Shown: positions 1 through 63,600 of the stretch, piece by piece
Numbering within the stretch: position 1 is the stretch's first letter
Layout: each line of letters begins with the position of its first letter
NCBI GenBank assembly: GCA_024137785.1
Contig: JAHRHZ010000063.1
Span: 23,060,503 to 23,124,502, forward strand
From: Ginglymostoma cirratum
Taxonomy: Eukaryota
Direction of reading: 5' to 3'
Length of the DNA: 64,000 bases
Made by a program: the position numbers and the translations under genes
Notes under the pieces: generated by a model
Told to the model about the DNA's origin: nothing
Databases searched by the model: none
Seen by the model: the letters and a program-made list of their open reading frames with translations, nothing else

Positions 1-48
1 CCCCTGTGAGCTAAGCTGAAAACAGTAAAACAGTAAATGTATGGAAAA

Positions 49-223
49 GAAACTGAAGTTGCTGGAAAAGCTCAGCAGGTCTGGCAACATCTATGAGGAA
101 AAATCAGAGTTAATGTTTCGGGTCTGGTGACCCTTCCTCAGTTCTGCTGCCAGACCTACTGAGCTTTTCCAGCAATTTCTGTTTTTATTCCTGATTTACA
201 GCTTCCACAGTTATTTCGGTTTT
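49..223. mobile_element. Penelope-like terminal-repeat-derived fold-back mini-element
   Basis: gctggaaaagctcagcaggtctggca ... tgccagacctactgagcttttccagc inverted repeat; flanked by 15-bp direct repeat TAAATGTATGGAAAA (34-48, 224-238). Confidence 0.8.
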
Positions 224-299
224 TAAATGTATGGAAAATGTTTTGATTCAGTTTGTTCATGCAGTACAAAGGCTTGGCCTTCTGAAAAGCATTGAAACA

Positions 300-1150
300 T
301 GTTTGGTGAGTTAGCTCCAGAGAGGAAAAAAGATCAGTAATCTGTTTCTTCTTAATGTACTATCTTTGGATGAGCATGATACAGTTCAATAACATCAGTG
401 CAGTCAAACTTGTTTTTGTGCTGCACTACAAAATCCTAAAGCATTTCTACAGCATTTGCAGCTTCAGCTAGGGAAACAGGTGAACAATGTGCTTTCAAAT
501 TCAGTGAAAGAATGTACTGCATCTACAGTTACATCATCTGTCAGTTCTGCTATACAGCTTTGCATGTTGTCCACCTCTGCAAAAGTTTCCATGGTTGTTT
601 TAGCTGGAATTTCCATGCTGTCCACACACTGGCAAGCAGAAGGAGCCTCACCATTGTGTTGGTTGGCATTCCCCTTCATTTTCAGCATCTTGCACAGCCA
701 TTGCCTGCTTGAACTCAGCAGTTGTGGTTTCCATGAATCTGGTCTGTAGAACAGTTGGGGTGTACTCGCTGACCAGTGGTAACAGTTTTATCAATGGAGG
801 ATGAGGCAACCGGTCCCAACCTCTTCCTTGCTGGAGAGAGTGTCTGCTTTTCACAGTCTTCCAAAATATTTGCCTCATCATTCAGAATAGTGGACAAACT
901 CACTGGTGCAATGTCCGGTTTGGCTTCATGCTAATTTTCCACTTACTCTATTGCCCTCACCTTCTCTCTAAGTAACACTGTTACTTTTGTCATAGGTCAA
1001 GCCATACTTGAAGGCTTTGCATGCCTTTTCACAGGAAGGCTTCAATGTCAAATGATGGCTTACCTATGATTTAGTACTTTCTTGTGGTCTAACTCCGTTC
1101 TGATTGGTTGGAGCAGTCATATGACGAGCTTAGACAAGTTTGGCTAATCT
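300..1150 (-). mobile_element. Decayed, internally deleted Tigger/pogo-family DNA transposon
   Basis: Minus strand from 993 reads MTKVTVLLREKVRAIE*VEN*HEAKPDIAPVSLSTILNDEANILEDCEKQTLSPARKRL..SSIDK, resembling the CENP-B/pogo N-terminal HTH region, with stops; no DDE domain seen; boundaries approximate. Confidence 0.65.
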
Positions 1151-1174
1151 GGCGTTACTGGTGCAACAATCTGT

Positions 1175-1340
1175 ATTTGATTTGATTTATTATTGTCATG
1201 TACTAGGATACAGTAAAAAGTGTTGTTTTGTGTGCTGTACAGGCAGACCGTACCATGCAAAGTGAATCGGGTAGTAGAACAGAGTGCTGAATAAAGTATT
1301 ACAGCCGCAGAGAATGTGTAGAGAAAGTGTTCAAAAGCCT
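1175..1340 (-). mobile_element. Rex1/Babar-type LINE 3' tail fragment
   Basis: tttgatttgatttattattgtca tail, same as the larger copy at 43383. Confidence 0.6.
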
Positions 1341-3959
1341 GATAACATGGACTTATCAAGGGCATCTTTCACTTGGATTTGCTAATCTGCCATTGGAGAT
1401 GGCTGATACTTCAACACAACTGTAATTGAATAAACAGTATGAGAAAATTAATCAGGAATATTGATCCAGATAAAACAGCATTATTTGGACAAAAGGACTC
1501 ACAGAGTAAAACTTGGGTCTATTATTCGGAAGTTATTCTTCATCATGCACAATCAACATTCTGCATTAATTCTCAGGTAGGGTAGCAGAGGAAAGGCCCA
1601 AGGAATCAGTGAAGAAGGAATAAAATGCTGCAGTGGGAGAGGGGGATGTTTCCTGGACAGACTAAAAACTTTCCTTATCCATATTTAATTTGTGAACAAG
1701 GTTGTGTGTATTCTGTTGATCCTATCAAAAGAAATTGACTCAGTATCTCACATATTGCAGATTGTTGAAATTTCAGTGTTGGCTCCTATGCCGTTGAGAT
1801 GATTGATAATGGAAAAGGACATTTTCAAAGAGGAAATAGAGCCGCTGATATGTGTTCTTGCATTCGCTAATAGCAGCCTGCAAAGACTACTCTATTGAGA
1901 TCATGCAATGGGAAAGCTAAAGTTAGAGTTTACTCTCATAGAAATGTGTAAAGTGCCTAAATTCTGTGTGTGATCAGGCACCCCTGTTGAAGTGGGTAAA
2001 TGTGTGGAGAAAAGCTAGTGAAAGTTTCAGCTTTCTTGCTTCTCTAATTCCCAGTGCCATCATCCATTAACTGATTCCAGCACTGGCTGAATATTATGGG
2101 CTGTCAGATGTGTGATCTATCTGAAGGGATTGAACTTGCTTGTTGGACTTGGCTGCTTGCTCAGGACATTGCGACTGGGAGGGCTCTGATGCAAAATACC
2201 AACAAAGTGTTGTGAAGCTTGTAAGGGGACTCCTTAGCACATGGGAGTTAGACATCCTGTTATGGCACCATTCATCTACCATAATTATTTACCGTAGTTT
2301 TGACTCAACTCTGATGTTAAATTAATGTGCACCGGGTATTGGTGTGTTCATTGGTTGGAGCGTTGGAGACTGTCCAGGAATTTTAGTATATTAGAGAACA
2401 GAATCAAATGGAAGGTTTTGTGTGAAATGCGCTTGAGGCTGGCAATAAGGGCATGTGGAGTGGAGAGAGAATACTTTGCTGATTACATTGTTGTGTTAAA
2501 AGGACTCAATTGTGTGATGTTTAGTTGGTATGACATGTGGAAGAAGCTGAGGGGATTGAATTTCATGAGATTTTTAATGGCGCATTCAGACTAATAAAAA
2601 TTATAAGAACATTTCAGTCCTGTTATCACAATGTTTGATTCATTGTGGTGATTCTTTCATTTACAGTACAGGATGTTTCACATTCTTTTAGATGACCTGG
2701 AGAATTCAGGTTTATTTAGGAGCGTTAAGTTGAAGTACTCCTTAAGCGGAAGACAGTCTCCCTATCTCATATTTTAAGATCTGGTTGATTTCCCTTGTCA
2801 TTTCTGTGGCGTATCAGTATCAACAATGACAACTTGCTTTTATAAAACATCTTGAAGGGAGCAAAGTGTCACAATGTATTGGACTAAAGTTATGAACACA
2901 AAGCCAAATAAGGAGATATTAGGATAGGTGGTTCACACAATACGTTTGGTCTATGACTTAAGAGCTTAAGACCCATCTTAAATTTGGGGAGGCTTAGGAA
3001 CATTATTCCAGAGCTGAAGGCATGGCCACACATAGTGAGGTGATTCAAACACCAGTCGTAAAGAAAATCTTTGTAATGTGTCCACATGAAGTGACACACT
3101 TGCAGTGTGATGACTAACGTAAAGTAATGGATTTCAAGTTCATGAATACAGCTGTACTCGACACACTTGAGTCCAATAGACAAACAATGAATGGCAAGGC
3201 TAGTTTTAGCATGCTTAGAAAAGGAATGGCTGGTTTGCAGCTGACTACGATTGCAACTCTTATAGTAAAAGCATTTGTTTTGAGGATGCCCACCTCGCAT
3301 TTACAATTATGCAGTTCCTATGCCTTGGACAAACAGATCCAACAGGCACAAAACAGGCAACCCAGCAAGACACTAATACAAAATGTGTCTCTTGTGCATT
3401 TGATTGAGTGGTCTGTTTTGCAACAGCACAATGCAGCTCCAAATGCAGTCCAGCAAATGTGTTTTGCCAGCCTCAGCCTGAGTTGGTGTTCTACATGCAA
3501 ATCCAGGAAAATAAAAAATACAGTTCACGTTGAATCCCGTACAGACTGTTGCAGCATTGCCTTTTGATGATTCCATGTGCCTTTTGAAAATAGGATGCTG
3601 TATAACAACCCAGTAAAATTCGCCATTTTTCCAATGCCTTTTACATAGAGTAACATCCTAAGGTTCTTCATGGAGGCATAATCAAAAAGAAATGAGACCA
3701 ACTCAGACCACATCACTGGTACGGTGCAGTGCAACAGAGACACTCCCTGTCAGTCCAGACACCACCACACTTGACATTACCACAGGTACCACCTCCATCG
3801 CACTTGTCAATATTTTCCTGCCTCAGTATGTGCCTGTCACGACCGTTTGGCCAACTCACAGTTGTCATGGTTTCAGTGTCCACAACCTCTCATTTGAGAA
3901 TTCTCATTTCAGCTCTCTTTCGTCCTATAAAATTTTTGTTATTAGAAAATAATAAACAG

Positions 3960-4490
3960 GTACAGGAGTAGACTGTGTCTGCTCCACCTTTTTATGATTA
4001 TTGCTGACCTGGTTGTGGTATCAATTCTACTCAGTTCTCTTCCCCCCGCCGCAACAAATAACCCTTGTAGATCAGGAATCTATGTAATTCAGCCTTGCGT
4101 ACATTCAATGGCCCAGCTTCCACTACGCTCTGGGGTTCAATGTTTTAAAGCTTAACAAGCTTCTGAGAGAAGAAATTTCTCCTCATTTTAGACTTAAATG
4201 TGAGACACCTCTTATTCCAAAGTTATGCCCCCAAATTCTTAATTCCCCACAAGATAACATCCTCGTAGGCTGTACCTTGTCAATTCCCCTCAGAGTCTTA
4301 CATATTTCAATAAGATTCCCTGTCATTCTTTTAAATACCATTGAGTACAGCTCCAACTAGCTCAACAGTTCCTCACGAGATCACCCGGTCTTCACAGGAA
4401 TCGAAGTAGTAAACGTTCTCTGAACTGCCCCAAATGAAAGTATACTGCTCTTTAAATAAAGAGACCAAAATTGTATGCTGTACTTTAGGT
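3960..4490 (-). mobile_element. CR1 LINE 3' fragment
   Basis: Reverse complement resembles the CR1 ORF2 C-terminus and 3' tail seen in other copies in the window. Confidence 0.65.
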
Positions 4491-5013
4491 TTTAACTGTA
4501 GACTGAGATTTAACAGCAATATTAGACCTAGTGCATGTCCCCCCTCAGTCATTTGGTCTGAGTTGGTCCTGTTGTTGGGCAGTGGCTGACAGGAATCAGA
4601 TATATTGATAATTATTCCTTCCCTCTGAGTGCTATTCTGGAAGGCGAGATCAGCAAATGGCCTTCTCCCTAACTTGCTAGCTGGTTGATTTCCTGTTCGT
4701 ATGCCCTTTTAAGCATCTCCTGGCATCAACATGCCCTATCTCTCCCCGCTACATCAGCTCAACTCAGATTGTAAATTTGATATGCAAGATGAACAGCAAG
4801 CAGGAACCAGCAATGTGCTGTTTGAGAAGCAGTGTGTGTACAACTGTTATGTCTGAAATAATGCGTCAAAAGTAATTGCCAGTGTAAATGGACAATACAA
4901 GATTGCCAGTCTCATTCAATCTCACAGGAGCTGTTTATTTAATTCCTGTACAATCTAATTATGCGTAAATGTTTTAAGCTGTGACTGAGCATGACATTTC
5001 TTCACTCTCTTGA

Positions 5014-56011
<50,998 letters not shown>

Positions 56012-59000
56012 AGATTACAGAACAGGAAAAACAAGAAACTGGCCTAAGGCTCAGTCACGTGTAAAGCATCTGGAATTGAAGAAACGCGTAACTGATTAAA
56101 GAATAATTCCAAGCTGTGGCACAAGAAATTCATTTCTTCATTGTGTTTTTGTTAATCATGGTACATAAAAGGTGCATAAACGAAAAGAAACAAAAAAGCT
56201 GAGCTTTAAATCAAACCAAGTTTTAATGTGTCTTTGCACATTCGACGATACAGCTTTTTCAGCCATTGTGTTAGGTCCAAGGACGTGTGCGGTGATTTGA
56301 AGCCGCAAGGAGCATGGGGCGAGAGAGAGAGGCATAACTCTCCACTTTTGTATTGCCTTGTTGCGTCCACTGCAAGACATGTGTATCACACACACACACA
56401 CTTGTGAAGCCATGCTATTGACCCCATGAGGGCAAAGGGTGCATATTATGTCTGCCGGTGTACAAGCAAATATACTTGTGGTTTCCCCTGTGTCTTTAGT
56501 GTTTTTTCAGTGTTCAGTCATTAACCTAAAGGGGTTGGGGCCATTGCTCCCCACACCTGCATGTGTTTTGCATGGGCAAGAATTGCCTAAAATTGGGTTT
56601 TTTACTCTTCAGTGTCGTCAGTAACAATGGTTTTCACACACATAGTGCCTTAAATATTTTGAGGTTGTTAATGTTACTATGTTATGGACTGTAGCACTTG
56701 AATTCTTATCTAATCCAGTGATTGAATAAAAAAGAATGAGAAAGTACGAGGAATATTAGTGCTTTAGTTTTTCAGGTTGGGCGTGTGGTATGCTTATCCT
56801 ATCCTTTGAGGAATAGCCTTTTTTTGTGCTTCGCCGGTTGTGGGCTCAGTCTGCTTTCCTCCTTTCAGAATGATCTAGAAATATCAGAGGTGTAGAGCAA
56901 GCATTCAGAAATTGACTGAGATAATTCAATCACTGGTTTCTACTTTAAACTCGTCTATAATGAGCAGTGTTTATACTGTCAAAAAAATAATAATCTGCAA
57001 TACAATCGAAATAGAAGTGTGTGCGTGTGTGTTTCTTTTTAAAAAGAAGTTTGCTGTTTATGGAACTTAGTGAAATGATTAGATATGTGGTGGCATGGCT
57101 TTGTTTAGAAAATTGAAAAAAATGCAATTCATAATACTCAATGACTCATGATATGGTTTTACCTTAGCTTGAGCAGACCATGCAGTATTTGATATACATA
57201 GTAACATACTATTTAGTCCTGAGGCTTGACGAGGTGCAAGTTTTTTGTGTGCAATTTTATCATTTATGCATGTGACAAATTTTACCCTCTTTATCACTTT
57301 GTTTTTTTTTGTTTCATTTTTAGCTTGTTCAGTGTCTACTTGCTTATTTTATACATTCCGTCAGGGAGATAAAATGAATTACGCGCTCTGTGCATTTTTC
57401 TGTATGCGCGTCATAAAACAATTTTTTTTTAAATGAAGTTGCTTTTCGCAGCACCAAAGAATTTTCCTGTCATCCCATTTCCTAGGCAAGGTTAGCAACT
57501 TTGCATAGACCTCAAGAAAAATAATCAAAAAAAAGGGGTAGCAAACAAAGGTTAATTTTAAAAAAAACTTTTTTCAGAATTTCAATAAAAAAGTTTGAGG
57601 CTATGTTTTAGTTCTTTGGGCAAGTAAGAAGTTGTAACATTTATCTTGAATGTATTATAGATAAGCTGCTATATAATGATTGCCACTTCAATTAGCTGTG
57701 AAATAGGTGATTATTAACTGTTCTTACTTAGCCTTCTCATTTCTGTAAGTCTGATTACATTAACTAGAAGTGGGTTTTGATTAATTTTGGCATTACTGTT
57801 TGGAGTGTCTTTGTAACTACTGTATTGTAAATGATGAAACTTTTAATTGCTTTTGTTTTTATTTTTGGGTGTGTGTTTTTGCATCAGTATTTTACCTTAA
57901 GTAACTTCGAGATCATCACTGCATATAAATGGATGTATTGATGTAACTTAATTTTTATGTTTTCATATTGGCATTGTGTTAAAGAATCTGAATCGCTGTA
58001 GCTTGCAGAATTGACTTAACTTTGTTTCTTTTTTGCTAACGCAGTTTGCTGCTGCAATATAGAATCTTTTAATTATTCACTGGAACCAGCAGCCAGTGTG
58101 CAGAACCTGATTTCTGTATACTTATTTATACTTTCTAAATTTGAAAAAAACATTAAAAGATCCTAACACACCACTAATAAGCAGCACCAGTTTGACTTCA
58201 ATAAGCTAACTTTGAGTATAACCATTTTAGGGGAGAGGGCTGTATATCTACTAAACAAAGCAGTGTTTTATTTAACATTAGCCTTTAGTCATAGCCACGG
58301 ACGACAATGTGCCTAAGCGCAAAGGCTTTTAAACCACAGAACAGTTGTACAGTTAATCAAATTTATAAAATGTATTGTACCTCTTGAAAAATTTGGTGCT
58401 TTCTAGCATAGTTCTATTTTTATCAATGGACACCATAGTTTGTAAAAAAAAAACAAAAGATCTCTAAATACAGGACTGATAACTGAAGGGAAACAACTAG
58501 TGTAAGCTAGATAGGCCATAGCACTGTGGAATGACAATATCATGATGCCTGAGTACTTCACCAAAGTGTTGCATTCAGTTTTTTTTCTTGAGTTCTATCC
58601 ACTGGTTGATGCCTTAAAGTCATTCTTAAACAAGACACTGTGAAAAGCAGGAATGGGCATTTGGGGGCAAGAAAGTAATATAATACCCACCTCATTTTAA
58701 ATTTGGACATTCACCTTTGGTGCATATTGGGTTTTAATTTTAGCTATGCTTAGAAATCAAATTCAGTGCCCTTGTGTATGATTGTGAGTGCATTTTGAAA
58801 CTAAAAACATATCTTAAAAGATTTTGTCTTTAATTGATTTGAACCAATTAGTTTTGATGGGGTAGAGGCTCACAATTAGATGGAATCTTAAAGCAATCAG
58901 CAGTATCAATCTTTTCTTTCCTAGACCCGTCGTCTCCTTTATCAGCTTAGCCCTTAATTGACAGCAGTTCAATAAAAGTTAAATCAACACTGCAAGTTAT

Positions 59001-59370
59001 AGAAACCTGTTGTTTAGATTACACAACGTAGACTTGATTCTTCGGTTGGAACTGTTACTGTTAAAAATTGTAGATTTTTTGTGGCTTTTTGCTTTTGATT
59101 TTAATGCTACACTAGTTTGCCATGTAGCAATTGCACTGTGCAATATTTACAATATGAGGACTGGGAAAATTTTTATGGATGTATGTCTCTTACAGTTTGC
59201 GATAGTATTTCTTGCTAGTTCTCAGTGATTTAAATGTGACCAAGCCTTCGTACCTTGTCACATAAAGCGGGTTTTCCAGGTGACTATTTTGGTGAGTGTC
59301 AAAAATAAGAGTTTATGGTGTATTATTGTCGAGATTCACTTTGAATTAAAATATATATTGCTGCAGCAAA
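56012..59370 (+). other. HIPK3: Probable long HIPK3 3'UTR (~3.35 kb)
   Basis: AU/U-rich tract with no recognisable interspersed repeats directly after the stop codon; repeat-like sequence resumes at ~59400; several poly(A) signals and miRNA seed matches. Confidence 0.75.
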
Positions 59371-59392
59371 TCAGTGTGGTGGATATTTTGTA
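59345..59392 (+). terminator. Probable distal polyadenylation site (ATTAAA, CA cleavage ~59368, downstream GU/U-rich element)
   Basis: ATTAAA at 59345-59350, then gcagcaaa and tcagtgtggtggatattttgt; coincides with the end of the repeat-free zone. Confidence 0.6.
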
Positions 59393-60419
59393 CAAACACA
59401 ACGGGCAGAAAAAAGACCAGCTTGTTCATCAAGCCTGGCCCACAGCATGATGGTTCCTACTTCAGAAGAAAACAAAACGAAGCTGGAATAAACTATTTGG
59501 TCCCTTGAGCCTGCTTTGGCATTGAATATGATCATGGCTGATACTTTACCTCAGCTGAGCCTTCCGGCATTATCCTCAAAATCCCTTTCATTCTCTTAGT
59601 ATCCAAATATTAATTGATCTCGTGTGTTGCGTATACTCAACATTGGAGCTTGCTTAGCTCTCTGGGTCAGAGAATTCCAAAAATTCACAACCCTCTGAGG
59701 GAAGAAATTTCTACTTACCTCAATCCTATTACCGCTCACTCCCACCCTGCTCCTGATCTCTGAGTGAACAAAAGCCAGTCCAGGAGATCAAATAGACCAA
59801 GTGTCCTGAAGTCACTTACTTTCTCTCAAAACCATCACTGTTTATAATGTTTCAGTTTTCTTTTAGGATTGTGTCATGGAATCAAGTTGCTTTGTGTGTA
59901 AGTGCCAAGGTTTCCCATTTGTGCACTGATGTATGCAATTGTGGTACTTCTCCCATCAACGAGGCTAAAAGAGAACAACCTGTATTGCATTTATGTTGCG
60001 CCTACTAACATTTTGTGACATCCCAAAACATTTTACATGCGATGGCTTGCTTTGGAATGGAGTCACTTTTGTTAAAAAAAAGACATATTGCATTCCGTTC
60101 ATATCCAAACATATGTCAGAACAATTCGTTCTAATCGTTGCTTAAATAAATTGAATTATCTGATAGATTAAACGTTAATCAACAAATCACAAGCAGGTGT
60201 ACTTTGTGCAAAAATGTTGAATTAATTATGTATCTCCAGATGAAAGTGGTACGCTCAACGTGTCCTAATGTTTTCCAGTTATCTGGTTGACAGACCTTCT
60301 GTTGATTTCTGTTTTTCCAATTCTAAATTTTCAAACTGCAGAGTAGAAGATTGTGCATGGGAACATCAGGACCAGATATAAGCTATTCAGCAGCTTGAGC
60401 TTATAGTGCCTTATGCTAA

Positions 60420-62170
60420 CATAAGAAATAGGAGCAGGAGTAGATCATATGATCTTTGAGCATTCTTCACTATTCAGCAAGATGAGGATAGCATGTTCAT
60501 ACATAGAGCAGTACAGTACAACAATTGGCCCTTCAGCCCACTATGTCTGTGCTGATCATGATGCCATTCTAAACTAATCCCATCTGCCTGCATATGGTCC
60601 ATATTCTTCTATTCCCTGCCTGTTCATGTGTCTCAACTCCATTTTCCCTGCCAATTTCATTAAGCCAGATTGCCATCATGCACAAAAATCTGTTAGTCTC
60701 TGTCTTAAAAATATCCAATAAGCATTCACAGCCTTCTGGGATACAGAATTCCAAAGATTCAATATCCTCTGAAGAAAGAAATCCCTTTCTCAGACCTAAT
60801 TGGCTGACATTGTATCCTGAATCTAGTTATAGAACTACTGGCCGGGGAACAGTCCCTTCGCATCTACCCCATCAACTCTCCTAGGAATTGTATATGTTTC
60901 AATAAGATCTCTCAGTCTTCTGAACTTAAGAGAATATGTGCCTCTTGTAGTCAATCTTTCAACATAGGACATTCTTCTGACCACAGTGTATCAACTTTGT
61001 GAGCCTCTTTTGCATCTCTTCTGAGACAAGTATAACCTTCCTTAGGCACGCAGCATGCCAAGTGTGGTCTCACTAAAGCCCAGTAAATTGCAACAAGACT
61101 TCCTTACCCTTGTGTTGCAAACCCCTTGCAACAAAGGCTAATATACAAATGGCGCACAAAACCTCTAAGTTAACTTCCTGTGATTTGTATACAAGAACAT
61201 TGAAATCCTGCATATTCTGTTTCAGAGACAGTGAATTGATTAAAGGTATAGTCGCTACTGTTATGACAGGCAAATCATGTTTGTAAACTTGTTTATTGAA
61301 GGGTAAATCTTCACAAGAACAGGAGGAGGTCATTTAGCCACTAAGCCTGCCCCATCGTTCAATACAATCTCAGTTGTTCAAACAGTTCAGTGCCATTTAC
61401 TCAGCTGTTCTCCGTAACTACATATACTGCTGGTAATCAGAAATCTGTCCTCTACCTCAAATATATTTAAAGATTAAGCCTTGTGAACCCTTTGCTAGAG
61501 AATTCTAAAGGTTCACAACCTTCTGAGTAAAACATGATCTCAGATCTAAATGACAAATCCCTTCTTTATAAATTTGCCCTGGTTCTAGATTCCCCAACCA
61601 GAGGAAACATCTTTCCTGCATCAACCCTGCCTATCCCTTTCTCTATTTTGAGTTCCAATGAGATCATCTCCGATTCTTCAAAATTCAAGATTCTTCAATC
61701 TCACTTCACAGGACAGTCCCAACATCCCAGGAATAAGTCTTCATTGCACTCCTTTTACAGCAATAATATCTTTCCTGACATAAGGAGACCAACACTGCAC
61801 ACAATGTTCCAGGTGTGGTCTAACCATGCACCTCTACAAATGAAGCATGACTTTACTATTCCTGTACTCAAATCCTCTTGTGATAAAGCTAACATTACAT
61901 GAAGCTTCCTAATGCACCTGCGTGTTAGCCTTCAGTGACTTATTGACAAGGGCACCTTTTGTACATTTACAATTTCTAACAGTGTACCATATATGAAATA
62001 CACTAGAGATCTCTTTGTCCTATCAAGGTGGATAACCTCACATTTTTTCCATTTATGATCCGTCTGCCATGTTCTTGCCCATTCACTAAGCCTGACCAAA
62101 TTATTTTCCTCAACACACATTCTGACCTAGGTTTTTATCATCCGCAAATTTGAAAAATATTACATTTGTT
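60420..62170 (-). mobile_element. Cluster of CR1 LINE 3'/RT fragments downstream of the gene
   Basis: ORFs 61932 (RLSEWARTWQ..KKCEVIHL), 61073 (ILAFVARGLQHKGKEVLLQ) and 60569. Confidence 0.8.
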
Positions 62171-62459
62171 GAAGGCACAGGTCGAGGGACCCCACCCCCA
62201 CTTTTTGTTTCCCTTCCCACATTGACTGACAGCCTGCTTGCAGTAGTTTGGTGGACCTACTCTTTTCTGTCCTGCCTGGAGCTGACATAGTGGCAGCTGA
62301 TGTGGGAGTAAACCTTAAGTGGTTATTAATTTATCACTCCCTGTCCACAACTTAATTCAGAAAGTGGCAGCTTTCTGGTCCACCACCATCCCACCTCCAA
62401 GCCTCTGGGACTGAAGGTTATAACTATCAAGAAAATGTATAATCAAGCTGGGGCTCTTT

Positions 62460-63600
62460 TCTATAGAAATGAAAAGAAAATCTTGAGTTAGAGAAAGAGA
62501 AAAGTCTTGGATTAGAAGAAAAGAGGATAAAAATAAATCTTGAGGAAAGAATACAGAGGGAAAAGTCAGGAAGGAGAAAAATAGACAAATGGTAAAGAAG
62601 GTGAAATTATAAAAGCTAGAACTGCGGAGAAATAGGAAATTAAACAACATAAGTTGGCTATAGGAGAGATAATAGGTACTGCAGATGCTGGAGAATCTGA
62701 GATAACAAGGTGTGGAGCTGGATGAACACAGCAGGCCAAGCAGCATCTTAGGAGCAGGAAAGCTTAGATGCTGCTTGGCCTGCTGTGTACATCCAGCTCC
62801 ACACCTTGTTATCTCTTAAGTTGGCTATAAAAAGCTTGTAGTAAAGAAAGGATAGTAGCTTAGATAATGATTCTGAGTCCAATGAGAAATGTAATTTAAT
62901 TAAGAATCTTATACATAATGTCTAAATTTATTGAGGTTGAAGTCAAAAGTTATTTTTTCATATTCGAGAAGGTAGATGAAATGGCTAAAAGATGTTTCAA
63001 TCTTAGTGTTTAGACAAGTACCGCTTATGGCTGTGTATTATCAGTTTGTCAAAAGAATAATCTGTAGTCTATAAACTGGTTAAGAGGCAATAATCAATGC
63101 TTACGAGCTTATCCCTGAAGCTTACCAATTAAAACTCTGGCTTACAAGAAAGAAACCCAATTAAGTATTTTTGAAATTTGCAATTTTGATCTCTAAAGTT
63201 TGAGCAAAAACAATTAAGTGCGAGGGAAATTATGTTGTTTATGGTAGAATTTGGAAACGTTCTCGCAAGGCTGAAATCTATTTTAGATGAGCATCAAGTG
63301 GAAAAAAAAACAGGGAAGCAGCAAATCTGGCAGATAACCAACGATATCTCATGGGTGATGAGATGGTGATGTGGGGAGTCCACAAGGAAATTGGAGCAAT
63401 AGAAAAATCAGTGGATGGAAGAGGTACTGGTTTTGGGAATAAATGAAAGGATGACAAATTAATAAAGGAAACATGTTAGAACCAAAAAGGAGATGAAGAA
63501 AATAACATTCTTTATTGTAATAAATCTGGACATAGCAAAGCTAATTGTTGCAAGTTTATTGGGAGACTAATTGCAGCATTAGGAATGTCTAAGGACCTCC
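62460..63600 (+). mobile_element. Decayed Gypsy-type LTR retrotransposon gag remnant
   Basis: MSKFIEVEVKSYFFIFEKV (62918), IINAYELIPEAYQLK (~63089) and zinc-knuckle remnant YCNKSGHSKANC (~63513), in the expected order. Confidence 0.7.
62663..62816. mobile_element. PLE-derived fold-back mini-element
   Basis: 50-bp inverted repeat with 1 mismatch (62699-62748 / 62766-62815); exact 13-bp TSD TAAGTTGGCTATA (62650-62662, 62817-62829). Confidence 0.88.
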
